Below, one piece after another: positions 36,121 through 45,063 of a stretch of 64,000 nucleotides of DNA. Each line of letters opens with the position of its first letter. Position 1 is the stretch's first letter. This stretch comes from an uncultured Gammaproteobacteria bacterium (GTDB lineage: Bacteria > Patescibacteriota > Patescibacteriia > Patescibacteriales > WJLG01). The translations under genes were made by a program, and so were the position numbers. The stretch spans positions 1,660 to 65,659 of the forward strand of contig CAZJPG010000006.1 in the NCBI GenBank assembly GCA_964547855.1, given 5' to 3'. Below the pieces are notes generated by a model. It did not search any database. It was not told the origin of the DNA and worked only from the letters and a program-made list of their open reading frames with translations.

Positions 36121-36630
36121 ATGACCAACACTTTTATCAAGGGGGACTTCCCATCGCTTGTAATGGTGGCTACCTATCGAGTGCATCACGAAAAACTCAC
36201 TCGTAGCGGGCTAGCCACTTTGACCGACAAAGTTCGCGAAGCCATTGGTATGAAAGCTTTGAGTCCAATGATCATCGACTCTCTGAGTGTGCCAGATTTT
36301 GGTACTGATGCTTTGTCTGTGAATCAGCCGCTCATGACCTCGATAATGAGTCTTGATAGCTGGCCAGAAATTAAGGTTTCTGGGGTCACTGGAGGGTTTG
36401 TGATACTGATTCATTCTTGCAAACGTTTTCATTGGCGAGATGTGCATCAGGCGATCAAAGCCCATTTTCCAGAGGCAGAACTATTGCGTAAAGACTTTCG
36501 CGATAACACTTGTCGTGGGTTATCTTATGCGGTGGTTCGATTGAAACTTTGGTTCATTGATCGATTTCGGAGGTCTCTTCGCAATTGTGAAGATGTCAAA
36601 GAGGCTAAAGCAACGATCGAGGTGGCCTGA
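36121..36630 (+). CDS. Hypothetical protein (weak S-adenosylmethionine-decarboxylase-like pattern)
   Basis: 169 aa with an aaggggg SD. SIMSLDSWPE...FVILIHSC loosely resembles the SHLTIHTWPE...IDLFTC core of small AdoMetDC proteins. The Glu-Ser processing site is not conserved. Confidence 0.45.
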   Translation: MTNTFIKGDFPSLVMVATYRVHHEKLTRSGLATLTDKVREAIGMKALSPMIIDSLSVPDFGTDALSVNQPLMTSIMSLDSWPEIKVSGVTGGFVILIHSCKRFHWRDVHQAIKAHFPEAELLRKDFRDNTCRGLSYAVVRLKLWFIDRFRRSLRNCEDVKEAKATIEVA

Positions 36631-36723
36631 AACTGTTTCGCTCTTTCCGTGAAACCCATTTTTCTTTTTTAAGAATAAATGGGTTTTTTATTTTTAAAAT
36701 ATTTTGATGTCGATATGTTTTAA

Positions 36724-36732
36724 TGTTATAAT
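36724..36732 (+). promoter_or_regulatory. Extended -10 box (TGTTATAAT) with leaderless geometry
   Basis: ATG at 36739, 6 nt after the hexamer. Confidence 0.45.
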
Positions 36733-36738
36733 AAAATT

Positions 36739-37386
36739 ATGTTTGAGCATTTTTTTGCTGGGGAGTTAGTTTTCCTTATTTTGGGTAAATGGCTTGGTTT
36801 TACTATAACGCCAACATTTTTAATGTTTGGCGCTTTTTGCGGTTTTTTCCCTGATTTGTTGAGTTATTTCTTGAATAAACGGGTGCGATATGACAAGTGG
36901 TATCATTCGCATCGTGATAATTTCTCGCACTCTGTCTTTTTGCCTATCTTAGTTTTCTTCGCCACAGCCTTTTGGCTTGGTTGGAAAATGTCTCTTTTGA
37001 TATCCTTGGCAATGATGACGCATCCATTGCTAGACCTTTACGGGATTGGCTGGGGTGTTAAGTTGTTTTTACCTCTTTCTGATAAGATATATAAAGCTTT
37101 TTATCATAAAAAAGTGGTTTATGTCTTTGCCGACGACGAAGTACGCAACAAAAGAATTAAAAAACATCAGACCGATGATTGGTTTAAAAAAATATATCTG
37201 CAACCCTGGAAAGTTTTGTCTTTTCCTAAAAAACTTACTCGCATGGAAATGATCAAGGGTGCGCTAAGCACTGACAATGGCCGCAAAGACTTTTTTAAAC
37301 CATGGATTGTTTGGTCTGTTCCGCGTTGGTGGGGGATAATGGAATGGCTTTGTCTAGTGGCGGCAATTTGGCTTATTATTGAATAA
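36739..37386 (+). CDS. Membrane-bound metal-dependent hydrolase-like protein (DUF457/YdjM-like)
   Basis: TM-rich with His clusters (YHSHRDNFSHSVF, MMTHPLLD). Confidence 0.5.
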   Translation: MFEHFFAGELVFLILGKWLGFTITPTFLMFGAFCGFFPDLLSYFLNKRVRYDKWYHSHRDNFSHSVFLPILVFFATAFWLGWKMSLLISLAMMTHPLLDLYGIGWGVKLFLPLSDKIYKAFYHKKVVYVFADDEVRNKRIKKHQTDDWFKKIYLQPWKVLSFPKKLTRMEMIKGALSTDNGRKDFFKPWIVWSVPRWWGIMEWLCLVAAIWLIIE

Positions 37387-37411
37387 AGATGTCTTTAAAA
37401 AAGGAGGGATA

Positions 37412-37531
37412 ATGACTAATGCTCTTTGGGTGTGGGAATTATCTAGTCTTTTAGCTTGTTTGGCTATTGGCTATATGTTTATTCGCATATTTATTTGCAC
37501 TAAAAGGAATAAACGAGATAAAAATAGTTGA
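37412..37531 (+). CDS. 39-aa single-TM peptide with a basic tail
   Basis: SD aaggaggg 5 nt upstream. MTNALWVWELSSLLACLAIGYMFIRIFICTKRNKRDKNS. Terminator aaccctc...gagggttttt immediately downstream. Confidence 0.4.
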   Translation: MTNALWVWELSSLLACLAIGYMFIRIFICTKRNKRDKNS

Positions 37532-37671
37532 AATTAACCCTCTTTTTTGAGGGTTTTTAAATTACTTGAATGAATCCTTAGCCCACTCGACCGCGGAATG
37601 GCCGCAGGTTGACACTTTTATTTTTTTGTGTTAAAGATATAGCAAGCGTTTAACCTAATAAGGAGGGAGCT

Positions 37672-37878
37672 ATGAACGCAACAGCAAACTTACTAAGCCG
37701 ATATGAACAGGCTTATAATAACAATTACGTCGATATCGACGAAGAGGGTGGAGTGATAGTAGCCACTGAGGCTAATGACCCGACTCTTGCCGATGACCTT
37801 GTCGCTTCTCTTCCAGCCATTGTTTTGGCGGCCGGTCACGGTGTCATTCTTGGCGCTTTAGGGAAATTAGCTTACTAA
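37672..37878 (+). CDS. 68-aa peptide with an acidic N-terminal half and a Gly/Ala-rich hydrophobic C-terminus
   Basis: SD aaggaggg, own TTGACA promoter element (37609-37614), and terminator aaccgctc...gagcggtttttt (37905-37932). Confidence 0.5.
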   Translation: MNATANLLSRYEQAYNNNYVDIDEEGGVIVATEANDPTLADDLVASLPAIVLAAGHGVILGALGKLAY

Positions 37879-37981
37879 CATCCCAAAAAGCTCCAAAGTT
37901 CTTTTAACCGCTCTTTTTGAGCGGTTTTTTAATTCTCCAGTTAAATAGTGTAAACAAAAAATATATGCTAATCTTTAATAT

Positions 37982-38443
37982 ATGCTCGATATAACGATAG
38001 TGGCCGTGGACAAGGTTCGCAATAACGACCTGACCGGGGCGATAACCGAATATTTAATACGCCTAAAGCCTTACGCCTCTGTCAAAATAGAGGAGGTTAG
38101 ACCCGAGTCTTTTGGTGTTGGAACAAAGGAAAAAGCTAAAAAAGTTGAAGGGGAGAGGCTTTTAAAAATTTTGGATAAATATCGCTCGGAATCGATTTGG
38201 CTTTTGCATGAAAAAGGTCAGGAGTTCACTTCAGAGGATTTTGCTAGAAAGATAGAGAATGGCAATGGTCGAGCCGTGTTCGTCATCGGCGGTGCGCTTG
38301 GGTTCTCTGAGGCCATTCTTGATAAATATCGCCAAGTATCACTTTCTCGCATGACGATGCCTCATGAATTAGCGCGTTTAGTGCTTATTGAGCAGATATA
38401 TCGAGCTGCGACGATAATGCGTGGCAAAGAATATCATTATTGA
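37982..38443 (+). CDS. rlmH: 23S rRNA (pseudouridine1915-N3)-methyltransferase
   Basis: SPOUT-family size and motifs (FVIGGALGFS, LSLSRMTMPHELARLVLIEQIYRA). Confidence 0.85.
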   Translation: MLDITIVAVDKVRNNDLTGAITEYLIRLKPYASVKIEEVRPESFGVGTKEKAKKVEGERLLKILDKYRSESIWLLHEKGQEFTSEDFARKIENGNGRAVFVIGGALGFSEAILDKYRQVSLSRMTMPHELARLVLIEQIYRAATIMRGKEYHY

Positions 38444-38502
38444 ATCAACTCAAATAAAAAAAACGATCCCACCGATTCATTGTCGGTGGGATTTTTGATC
38501 GC

Positions 38503-39036
38503 TTAAGCGGCGACCATTGTTGCGGGTTTTACGAATTTTTTATAAAACCGGTTTTTATTTGCTATTTTGTTGGCTTCGTGTTCTCTGATCCAGCCGAGTC
38601 TGATAGCCAATATCAGTGAAAAGGCCTCATCTTCAAGCTCTGACATGCCAGAACAAGAGACTATGAAATTTTTGGCCCTGATGGCGCCACCATAAAGTTG
38701 TTTTGCCGTGTTACGGCTCTGGTGGCTAGAGTCGTGTTCAGGGTTTTTAAAAAGGCGCAGGGCCTTTTCCTGGGAGAATTTTTCGAATAAAGGGCGATTT
38801 TTTTTGGGTTCATCAAATATCCCAAAAGGCTCGGAAAACACTTCGTTTCTCCATTTACTATCTTCACCGATCAGATATAGACGGATAAATCCGCCTTTAT
38901 TACCGAATGTTTCGGCTAGCTCTTCGAGTATGGAGCGAATTTCCGTTACCGGATATTCTCCGACTCGCGGAATATCTCTTTTGACGATCGGTCTTTCTAG
39001 GTCTGCGACATCGATTTCGAAATCTCTTGGCAACAT
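38503..39036 (-). CDS. Hypothetical protein
   Basis: 177 aa with a GAGGAGG SD before the ATG at 39036. Shares a bidirectional terminator at 38457-38497 with rlmH. No confident family. Confidence 0.5.
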   Translation of the reverse strand: MLPRDFEIDVADLERPIVKRDIPRVGEYPVTEIRSILEELAETFGNKGGFIRLYLIGEDSKWRNEVFSEPFGIFDEPKKNRPLFEKFSQEKALRLFKNPEHDSSHQSRNTAKQLYGGAIRAKNFIVSCSGMSELEDEAFSLILAIRLGWIREHEANKIANKNRFYKKFVKPATMVAA

Positions 39037-39157
39037 CAAGCCTCCTCATGTTTTTTTAGGGTTGGTTTTGAAATAACAAGATAGATTATTGCAATTTATA
39101 CCAATATTGTCAACATTCATCGTTTTATTTATACACATTGAAAGCCAGCTAATAAGC

Positions 39158-39165
39158 TGTATAAT
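39158..39165 (+). promoter_or_regulatory. Extended -10 box (TGTATAAT) with leaderless geometry at the head of the envelope operon
   Basis: ATG at 39173, 7 nt after the hexamer. Confidence 0.45.
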
Positions 39166-39172
39166 ATTGAAT

Positions 39173-40393
39173 ATGAGGATATTAAATAAAAAAGGTGTTC
39201 ACCGCATCGGTATTGATGCTCGTTTCTATGGTCCGTTAGGAAAAGGACTGGGGAGATATGTCCAGGAAATAGTGGATAACGTCATAAAAATAGATCAGGA
39301 GAATGAATATGTGATCTTTTTGTCACGCGAGAATTTCGATGAATTCATCGCCGATGGCAAGAGAGTAAAGAAAGTCCTGGCTCCAGTGCGTTGGTATACC
39401 TTGGCCGAACAATTTGTCATTCCATTCCTTGTAGCAGGACAAGGCATTGATTTGATGCATTTCCCTCATTTTAACGTGCCGATATTTTGCCCAACCAAAT
39501 TCGTTGTGACTGTTCACGATCTAATATTGACGAAATTTCCCACTATCCGTGCCACAACTCTTTCGCCTTTAATATATAAAATCAAGAATTTGGCATACAA
39601 GGCAGTCATATCATTGGCCGTCAAACGAGCAAAAAAAGTCATCGCCGTTTCCGAGTTTACAAAAAAGGATGTTTCTGAAAAGTTTAATGTGCCGCTTAAT
39701 AAAATCGACGTTACACTTGAAGGAGTGGCAAATCTTTCCAAGGGGCGCGATTCTTTATTTGTTCAAAAACTTGATGACAAGAAGACTCTTTTAAGTTATA
39801 ATATAATATCTAAAGACGAAGCTAAAAATAGCCTTGCCGATGATTTCATTTTATATGTCGGCAATGCTTATCCGCATAAAAATCTCGAAGTTCTGCTTTC
39901 AGTATTTTCAGGCTTGCGACAAGATCATCCTAGCTTGCGCTTGGTGCTTGTTGGGCGAGAGGATTATTTTTACAAAAGACTTAAAGAAGTAGCTGAAAAA
40001 TTATCACTTTGGCACGAGAACGTACTAGAGAGTCCAGTTGTTTTTCCTGGTTATGTGCCAGATGCGGAATTAGAGGTTCTTTACCGCCAAGCTAGATTGT
40101 ATGTTTTTCCTTCTTTGTACGAGGGCTTTGGTCTTCCTGCGCTAGAAGCTATGGCTAAAGGGTGCCCAGTGGCCAGTTCTAATAGATCTTCGTTGCCAGA
40201 AATACTTGGTGACGCCGCTGTATATTTTGATCCAGAGGATAAATCAGATGTTGCCGCTAAAATAGAGACAATGCTCAGTGACGCTCGATTGAGAGAAGTC
40301 TTGATAAAAAAAGGATATCAGCAAGTTAAAAGATATAATTGGTGGGAATGCGCGCGAAAAACATTGGATATCTATAAAAGCGTTTTAAAATAA
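39173..40393 (+). CDS. Glycosyltransferase family 4 (GT-B, RfaB-like)
   Basis: C-terminal EGFGLPALEAMAKGCPV motif. The start is placed at MRILNKKGVHRIG. Confidence 0.85.
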   Translation: MRILNKKGVHRIGIDARFYGPLGKGLGRYVQEIVDNVIKIDQENEYVIFLSRENFDEFIADGKRVKKVLAPVRWYTLAEQFVIPFLVAGQGIDLMHFPHFNVPIFCPTKFVVTVHDLILTKFPTIRATTLSPLIYKIKNLAYKAVISLAVKRAKKVIAVSEFTKKDVSEKFNVPLNKIDVTLEGVANLSKGRDSLFVQKLDDKKTLLSYNIISKDEAKNSLADDFILYVGNAYPHKNLEVLLSVFSGLRQDHPSLRLVLVGREDYFYKRLKEVAEKLSLWHENVLESPVVFPGYVPDAELEVLYRQARLYVFPSLYEGFGLPALEAMAKGCPVASSNRSSLPEILGDAAVYFDPEDKSDVAAKIETMLSDARLREVLIKKGYQQVKRYNWWECARKTLDIYKSVLK

Positions 40394-40402
40394 TAACAGT
40401 AA

Positions 40403-43054
40403 ATGCTTGAAGAGAGAGATGATTCGGAACAAAAAATTCCTCAGCCTACTATGGGTAGGGTCATTGACTTGAGGAAAGCCGCATCAGAATGTGAAAAAAA
40501 TAAAGACGCTAATAGTCTTATTTCCGGAAAAAGGAAACTAAGGCTGTTTTGGCTTAAAAAGAAAGATACTCCTAATTTTTTAAAACCATACTTAACGAAA
40601 GAAAAAGAGCAGGAATTCATAGAGCAGGAAATGATGCGCGACTACCTGGAAGAGATAGAGGAGGAGAAAAAGAAAGATTCGTTGTCGTCTTTTTTTAAAT
40701 TCGTCTCCGGAATAGCAAAAGCCCCTCAAATGCCGCTTTTTATTCTTGGGTTGTTGTGGAGGATTTTCTCCGTATTCAATCATGACAAGCCTAAAAAAGG
40801 CGATCCAGACAGGCTCGTACTAACGATTAAGCCAATTAAGGAAGGACCATCCAAAAGTTCTGCAATTTTAGATTTGCTAGCTTTTTTATTTTCTTGGCCA
40901 AAATTAATAATAAGATTCATCTCTGGCAGGACGACAGAGGATTATCTTTATCAAAGAGTTTTACTCGATGAAATGGCCAAGAAAAGAATTAGCCCTTTTA
41001 GGCGTCTTTTGCCGTTCATGGTTATAATCTTGGTGGTTATGCTGCCGATCAAAGCCATGAGCTACTATAGAATAGTCGATTTTAATGATTTAAAAGGTAG
41101 GGTATTGGGCGCTTCAGAAAGTGCTGTCGGCGACATAGGTTCAGCTGCTAACATGGCATCATCCCTTGATTTTTATGGGGCGGCCCAGCAGCTGTCTTCG
41201 GCTAAAAACGGGTTTACGCAAGCTAAATCTGAATTGGAAAAAGTCAATTCTTTGCTATTGGAAATAGGCAAGCTAGCACCAAATAAGAAGATCCGTCTAG
41301 CTTCATATGGTAAGGATTTTTTGTCGGCTGGCGAAACAGCTTCATCTTTGGGGCAAAATATGTTTTTAGCGGCCGGAGCTTTCTCTTCTGGGAGCGGCAA
41401 GGACTTACCAGCAATGATCGATGAGTTTTTAGTTTATGAAAAGGCCGCAATTTCCGATGCCGTCGATTTATCCGACATAATGAAAAAAATAGATCCAGCT
41501 GTTTTGCCAGACGATCGCCAGGGTCAATTCAATGAACTTAAAACTAGCGTAGACGACCTTGTAGTAATGCTATCAAGCGCCTCTGATATAATGGAAAAGG
41601 CTAAAATATTCATTGGATCAAAAGAAGACAAGCGTTATCTTTTGGTCTTTGAAAATAATAGCGAAATAAGGGCGTCCGGTGGTTTTGTCGGCAGCTTTGC
41701 CTTGGTAGACATCTCTAGGGGCAAGATAAAGAATATCGAGGTTCCTGGTGGTGGCAGTTATGACACAGAAGGAGGATTGACCGAGTTCGTAACCGCCCCA
41801 GAACCACTTTGGCTCGTTAACCCTCTTTGGCATTTCTGGGACGCTAATTGGTGGCCAGACTGGAAGAAAAGCGCCGAGAAGCTCGAGTGGTTCTATGGAA
41901 AAAGCGGTGGGCCTAGCGTTGATGGCGTAATAGCCTTCACTCCAAGCATGCTTGAAAAAATTCTTGAGGTAATTGGTCCTATCGATATGACTGAAAAATA
42001 TGGAATGGTTATCGATTCCGATAATCTTTGGATCAATTTGCGCGATGTGATAGAGAAAGAAAAAGAAGATGAAATTTCCCAGGACATGTCCGGAAAAGAA
42101 CCGAAAAAGATCATTGGCGATCTTTTATCGAAAATAGCCGAAGAGATGCCAAGGCGTATAAACAAAGACAATTTACCAGATCTCATATCTTCAATAAACG
42201 ACAGCTTGAACGATAAGCAGATGCTTTTCTATTTTAACGATAAGTCATTGCAAGATGAGGCGGAAAAAAGAAATTGGGCCGGTAGGATCAAAGACACTTC
42301 AAAGGACTATCTGTTCGTCGTTAACACTAATATTGCTGGAGGTAAAAGCGATGGCAAGATGAAGGAAGAGATAACGCACAAAGCAGAAGTATCGGACGAT
42401 GGCTCTGTTATAGACACCGTAACTATTAAAAAAACGCACACAGGCGTTGATGGTGAGCCGTATTTTGGCGTTAGAAACGTTAATTGGCTAAGAGTCTATG
42501 TGCCAATGGGAAGCAAGTTGCTCGAAGCCGATGGTTTCAGGGGGCCTGATCCGATATATTTCGACTATCCAGATAATGACTGGAAACAGGACATTGACGT
42601 GGCTTCGGAAGAAGGTAGCAACGCAACCATCGACACCAAGAACATGAACACTAAGATATACCAAGAATCTGGCAAAACGGTTTTTGCTAACTGGGTGATG
42701 GTCGACCCAGGCAAAGAAGTGACTATAACTTTGAAATATAAACTGCCTTTCAAGCTAGAAAAGAGAACGCTTGGTCCAGAAGCTAAAAATTCCATAGATA
42801 GATTTTTTGAAAGATTCACTAAGATGAAGAAAAAGGATCTTTATGTTTATTCGTTGCTTGTTCAAAAACAGCCTGGAATGAGATTTTCTTCAGTGTCGTC
42901 GTCGCTAAAAACTTCAGATCTGTTCAATGTCGTTTGGAGGTATCCAGCTGAAATATCAGATACTAATCCAGAATTATCAACTGATCTTGATAGTGATAAA
43001 TATTGGGCAGTCTTATTAGAGAAGGCTAATCCTTTAAACGATCAAAATCAATAG
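40403..43054 (+). CDS. DUF4012-domain membrane protein
   Basis: 883 aa with N-terminal TM segments. NNSEIRASGGFVGSFALVDISRGKI...VPGGGSYD core typical of DUF4012. Confidence 0.75.
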   Translation: MLEERDDSEQKIPQPTMGRVIDLRKAASECEKNKDANSLISGKRKLRLFWLKKKDTPNFLKPYLTKEKEQEFIEQEMMRDYLEEIEEEKKKDSLSSFFKFVSGIAKAPQMPLFILGLLWRIFSVFNHDKPKKGDPDRLVLTIKPIKEGPSKSSAILDLLAFLFSWPKLIIRFISGRTTEDYLYQRVLLDEMAKKRISPFRRLLPFMVIILVVMLPIKAMSYYRIVDFNDLKGRVLGASESAVGDIGSAANMASSLDFYGAAQQLSSAKNGFTQAKSELEKVNSLLLEIGKLAPNKKIRLASYGKDFLSAGETASSLGQNMFLAAGAFSSGSGKDLPAMIDEFLVYEKAAISDAVDLSDIMKKIDPAVLPDDRQGQFNELKTSVDDLVVMLSSASDIMEKAKIFIGSKEDKRYLLVFENNSEIRASGGFVGSFALVDISRGKIKNIEVPGGGSYDTEGGLTEFVTAPEPLWLVNPLWHFWDANWWPDWKKSAEKLEWFYGKSGGPSVDGVIAFTPSMLEKILEVIGPIDMTEKYGMVIDSDNLWINLRDVIEKEKEDEISQDMSGKEPKKIIGDLLSKIAEEMPRRINKDNLPDLISSINDSLNDKQMLFYFNDKSLQDEAEKRNWAGRIKDTSKDYLFVVNTNIAGGKSDGKMKEEITHKAEVSDDGSVIDTVTIKKTHTGVDGEPYFGVRNVNWLRVYVPMGSKLLEADGFRGPDPIYFDYPDNDWKQDIDVASEEGSNATIDTKNMNTKIYQESGKTVFANWVMVDPGKEVTITLKYKLPFKLEKRTLGPEAKNSIDRFFERFTKMKKKDLYVYSLLVQKQPGMRFSSVSSSLKTSDLFNVVWRYPAEISDTNPELSTDLDSDKYWAVLLEKANPLNDQNQ

Positions 43055-43058
43055 ACCT

Positions 43059-45041
43059 ATGCCAAATAAAGTCAAAGTCGAATTCAACGACAAAGAAAGG
43101 GAGGTGCTTTCCAAAAAACTTTCAGAAAGGCGCGATCGTTTGCGCCATGAAATGGAAGACAGGCGCGAAGCCGAAATAGAAAAAAGCCTTTCTGAAATAT
43201 ATCGCGATGACGATGGGAAAAAGATAGACGTCAATCGCATGAAGATAAAAAGGCGCCAAGGCTTTCTTTTCTGGTTCTTCAACGCTTTGGTCATTGGCTT
43301 GATAGCAGTGGTTGTCAGTATCGGCATCTATTATTATTTTGTTTATGGCAACGAAGCTGATTCATCGTCTTTAAAATTAGAGATAGAGTGCCCATCTTCA
43401 GTGGCGGCAGGGGAAGAGTTTACTTATAAAATAAAATACAATAATCCTGAATATGTCGCTTTGAAAAATGTTTCTTTGTCCCTGACGAATTCTGATAATT
43501 TTATAGTCGTAGATACTGAACCGAAAATAATAGGCGAGGCTAAGACTTGGGATCTAGGGCGTATAGATGCCAGAAGCAGCGGAGAAGTAACGGTTAAGGG
43601 TAAAATAATCGATAAAGCTAAGGCGTCATCGGTCATGTTGGCAGAAATGACCTATATGCCTGAAAATTTCTCCAGCGAGTTCAAGAAAGAGACATCAGCC
43701 ACTACACTAGTTCGCGATGTCGGTTTTGATGTTAGTGCTGATTATTCCAATACTGCTTTGGTCAATCAACAGGGCGAGATAAAGTTGAATTTTAAACCAC
43801 TCGATGGTAACAACTTCCAAGAGTTTATTATTGCCATTGAGAAAAGCGATAATATCGATATCAAGAATACCATAGTTAGCGGTCGCAGGCCGAATGAAAA
43901 AATTCCGACTGGCTCATTTAAGGTAGATAATATAAAAGACGTTAATAATTCCTGGCTCGCCTCAGGACTTAATAATAACGAAAGTTTTGAAATAATTTAT
44001 AAAACAAAAGAAAAGGTCAATGACAAAGAGAATATAAAAGTCTATCTTAAACAGGATATTGGCGGTAAGAAATATATCTTTTGGGAGAAGGATATTTCTT
44101 TGGATGTCATGAATAGCGACCTTAATTTGAATTTGATAATGAATGGTTCGCAGTCTAATAAACCGGTTAATTTTGGCGATACTCTTAATTACTCGATAGC
44201 TTATTCTAACAAAGGCGAAACTGCCATGAAGGACGTGGTGATCATGGCTGTTTTGGATAGTGATTTTGTCGATTGGGCGTCACTTAAAGATAAAAATAAT
44301 GGTTCAGAAAAAGGGAATACGATAGTTTGGACGAAAAACGAAATACCAGCATTAGAGGAGGTGGGGGTCGATAAGGGTGGATCAATAGACTTCTCTGTTA
44401 ATGTTTTACCATTTTCCGAGAATGATCTTTCTAAAGATTTTCAAATAAAGGCCTTTGCTCAATACAATATAGGATCATTAGCCGGAGAGGGTGGGTCTTC
44501 AACTGTGCCAGCTGAAGATCAAGATAGCCGCAGTAATACTATAATTAGCCTTATTAATAGCGATATGAGTTTCCGTGAGGAGTTGAGATACTTTGATGAG
44601 AATAACCTTCCAGTTGGCAATGGTCCTTTGCCACCAAAGGTCGGCGAAACTACAAGTTTCAAGGCTTATTGGAATATTGGAAATAATTTGCACGACCTGA
44701 ATGAGTTGAGCGTCGAAACTACGTTGCCAGAAGGCGTAGAATGGGACGATCATAATCGCACTTCTGTTGGTACTATTACTTATGATGAGGCACAGAGAAA
44801 GGTTGTCTGGCAAATCGGGAGATTGCCAATAACTGTTTTTAGAGCAGACGCTGAATTTAATGTCTCCTTTACACCTAAAGAGGACGATCGCAATCGAATA
44901 GTTGTTCTACTACCTGGAGCTGATGTTAAGGCGGTCGATTCTAAAACAGGATCGTCCATTGAAAAGAATGGACAACCTAAAACAACAAAACTAGACGATG
45001 ATGAGATAGCTAATATGTCATCGGATGGCAGAATAAGATAA
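43059..45041 (+). CDS. Membrane-anchored protein with DUF11-type (conserved repeat) beta-sandwich domains
   Basis: TM anchor after a charged N-terminus. Repeated 'xFTYKIKYNNPxxxALKNV' and 'LNYSIAYSNKGETAMKDVVIMAVLD' DUF11-like signatures. Confidence 0.6.
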   Translation: MPNKVKVEFNDKEREVLSKKLSERRDRLRHEMEDRREAEIEKSLSEIYRDDDGKKIDVNRMKIKRRQGFLFWFFNALVIGLIAVVVSIGIYYYFVYGNEADSSSLKLEIECPSSVAAGEEFTYKIKYNNPEYVALKNVSLSLTNSDNFIVVDTEPKIIGEAKTWDLGRIDARSSGEVTVKGKIIDKAKASSVMLAEMTYMPENFSSEFKKETSATTLVRDVGFDVSADYSNTALVNQQGEIKLNFKPLDGNNFQEFIIAIEKSDNIDIKNTIVSGRRPNEKIPTGSFKVDNIKDVNNSWLASGLNNNESFEIIYKTKEKVNDKENIKVYLKQDIGGKKYIFWEKDISLDVMNSDLNLNLIMNGSQSNKPVNFGDTLNYSIAYSNKGETAMKDVVIMAVLDSDFVDWASLKDKNNGSEKGNTIVWTKNEIPALEEVGVDKGGSIDFSVNVLPFSENDLSKDFQIKAFAQYNIGSLAGEGGSSTVPAEDQDSRSNTIISLINSDMSFREELRYFDENNLPVGNGPLPPKVGETTSFKAYWNIGNNLHDLNELSVETTLPEGVEWDDHNRTSVGTITYDEAQRKVVWQIGRLPITVFRADAEFNVSFTPKEDDRNRIVVLLPGADVKAVDSKTGSSIEKNGQPKTTKLDDDEIANMSSDGRIR

Positions 45042-45063
45042 GATCTATAATAAACACCAATAT

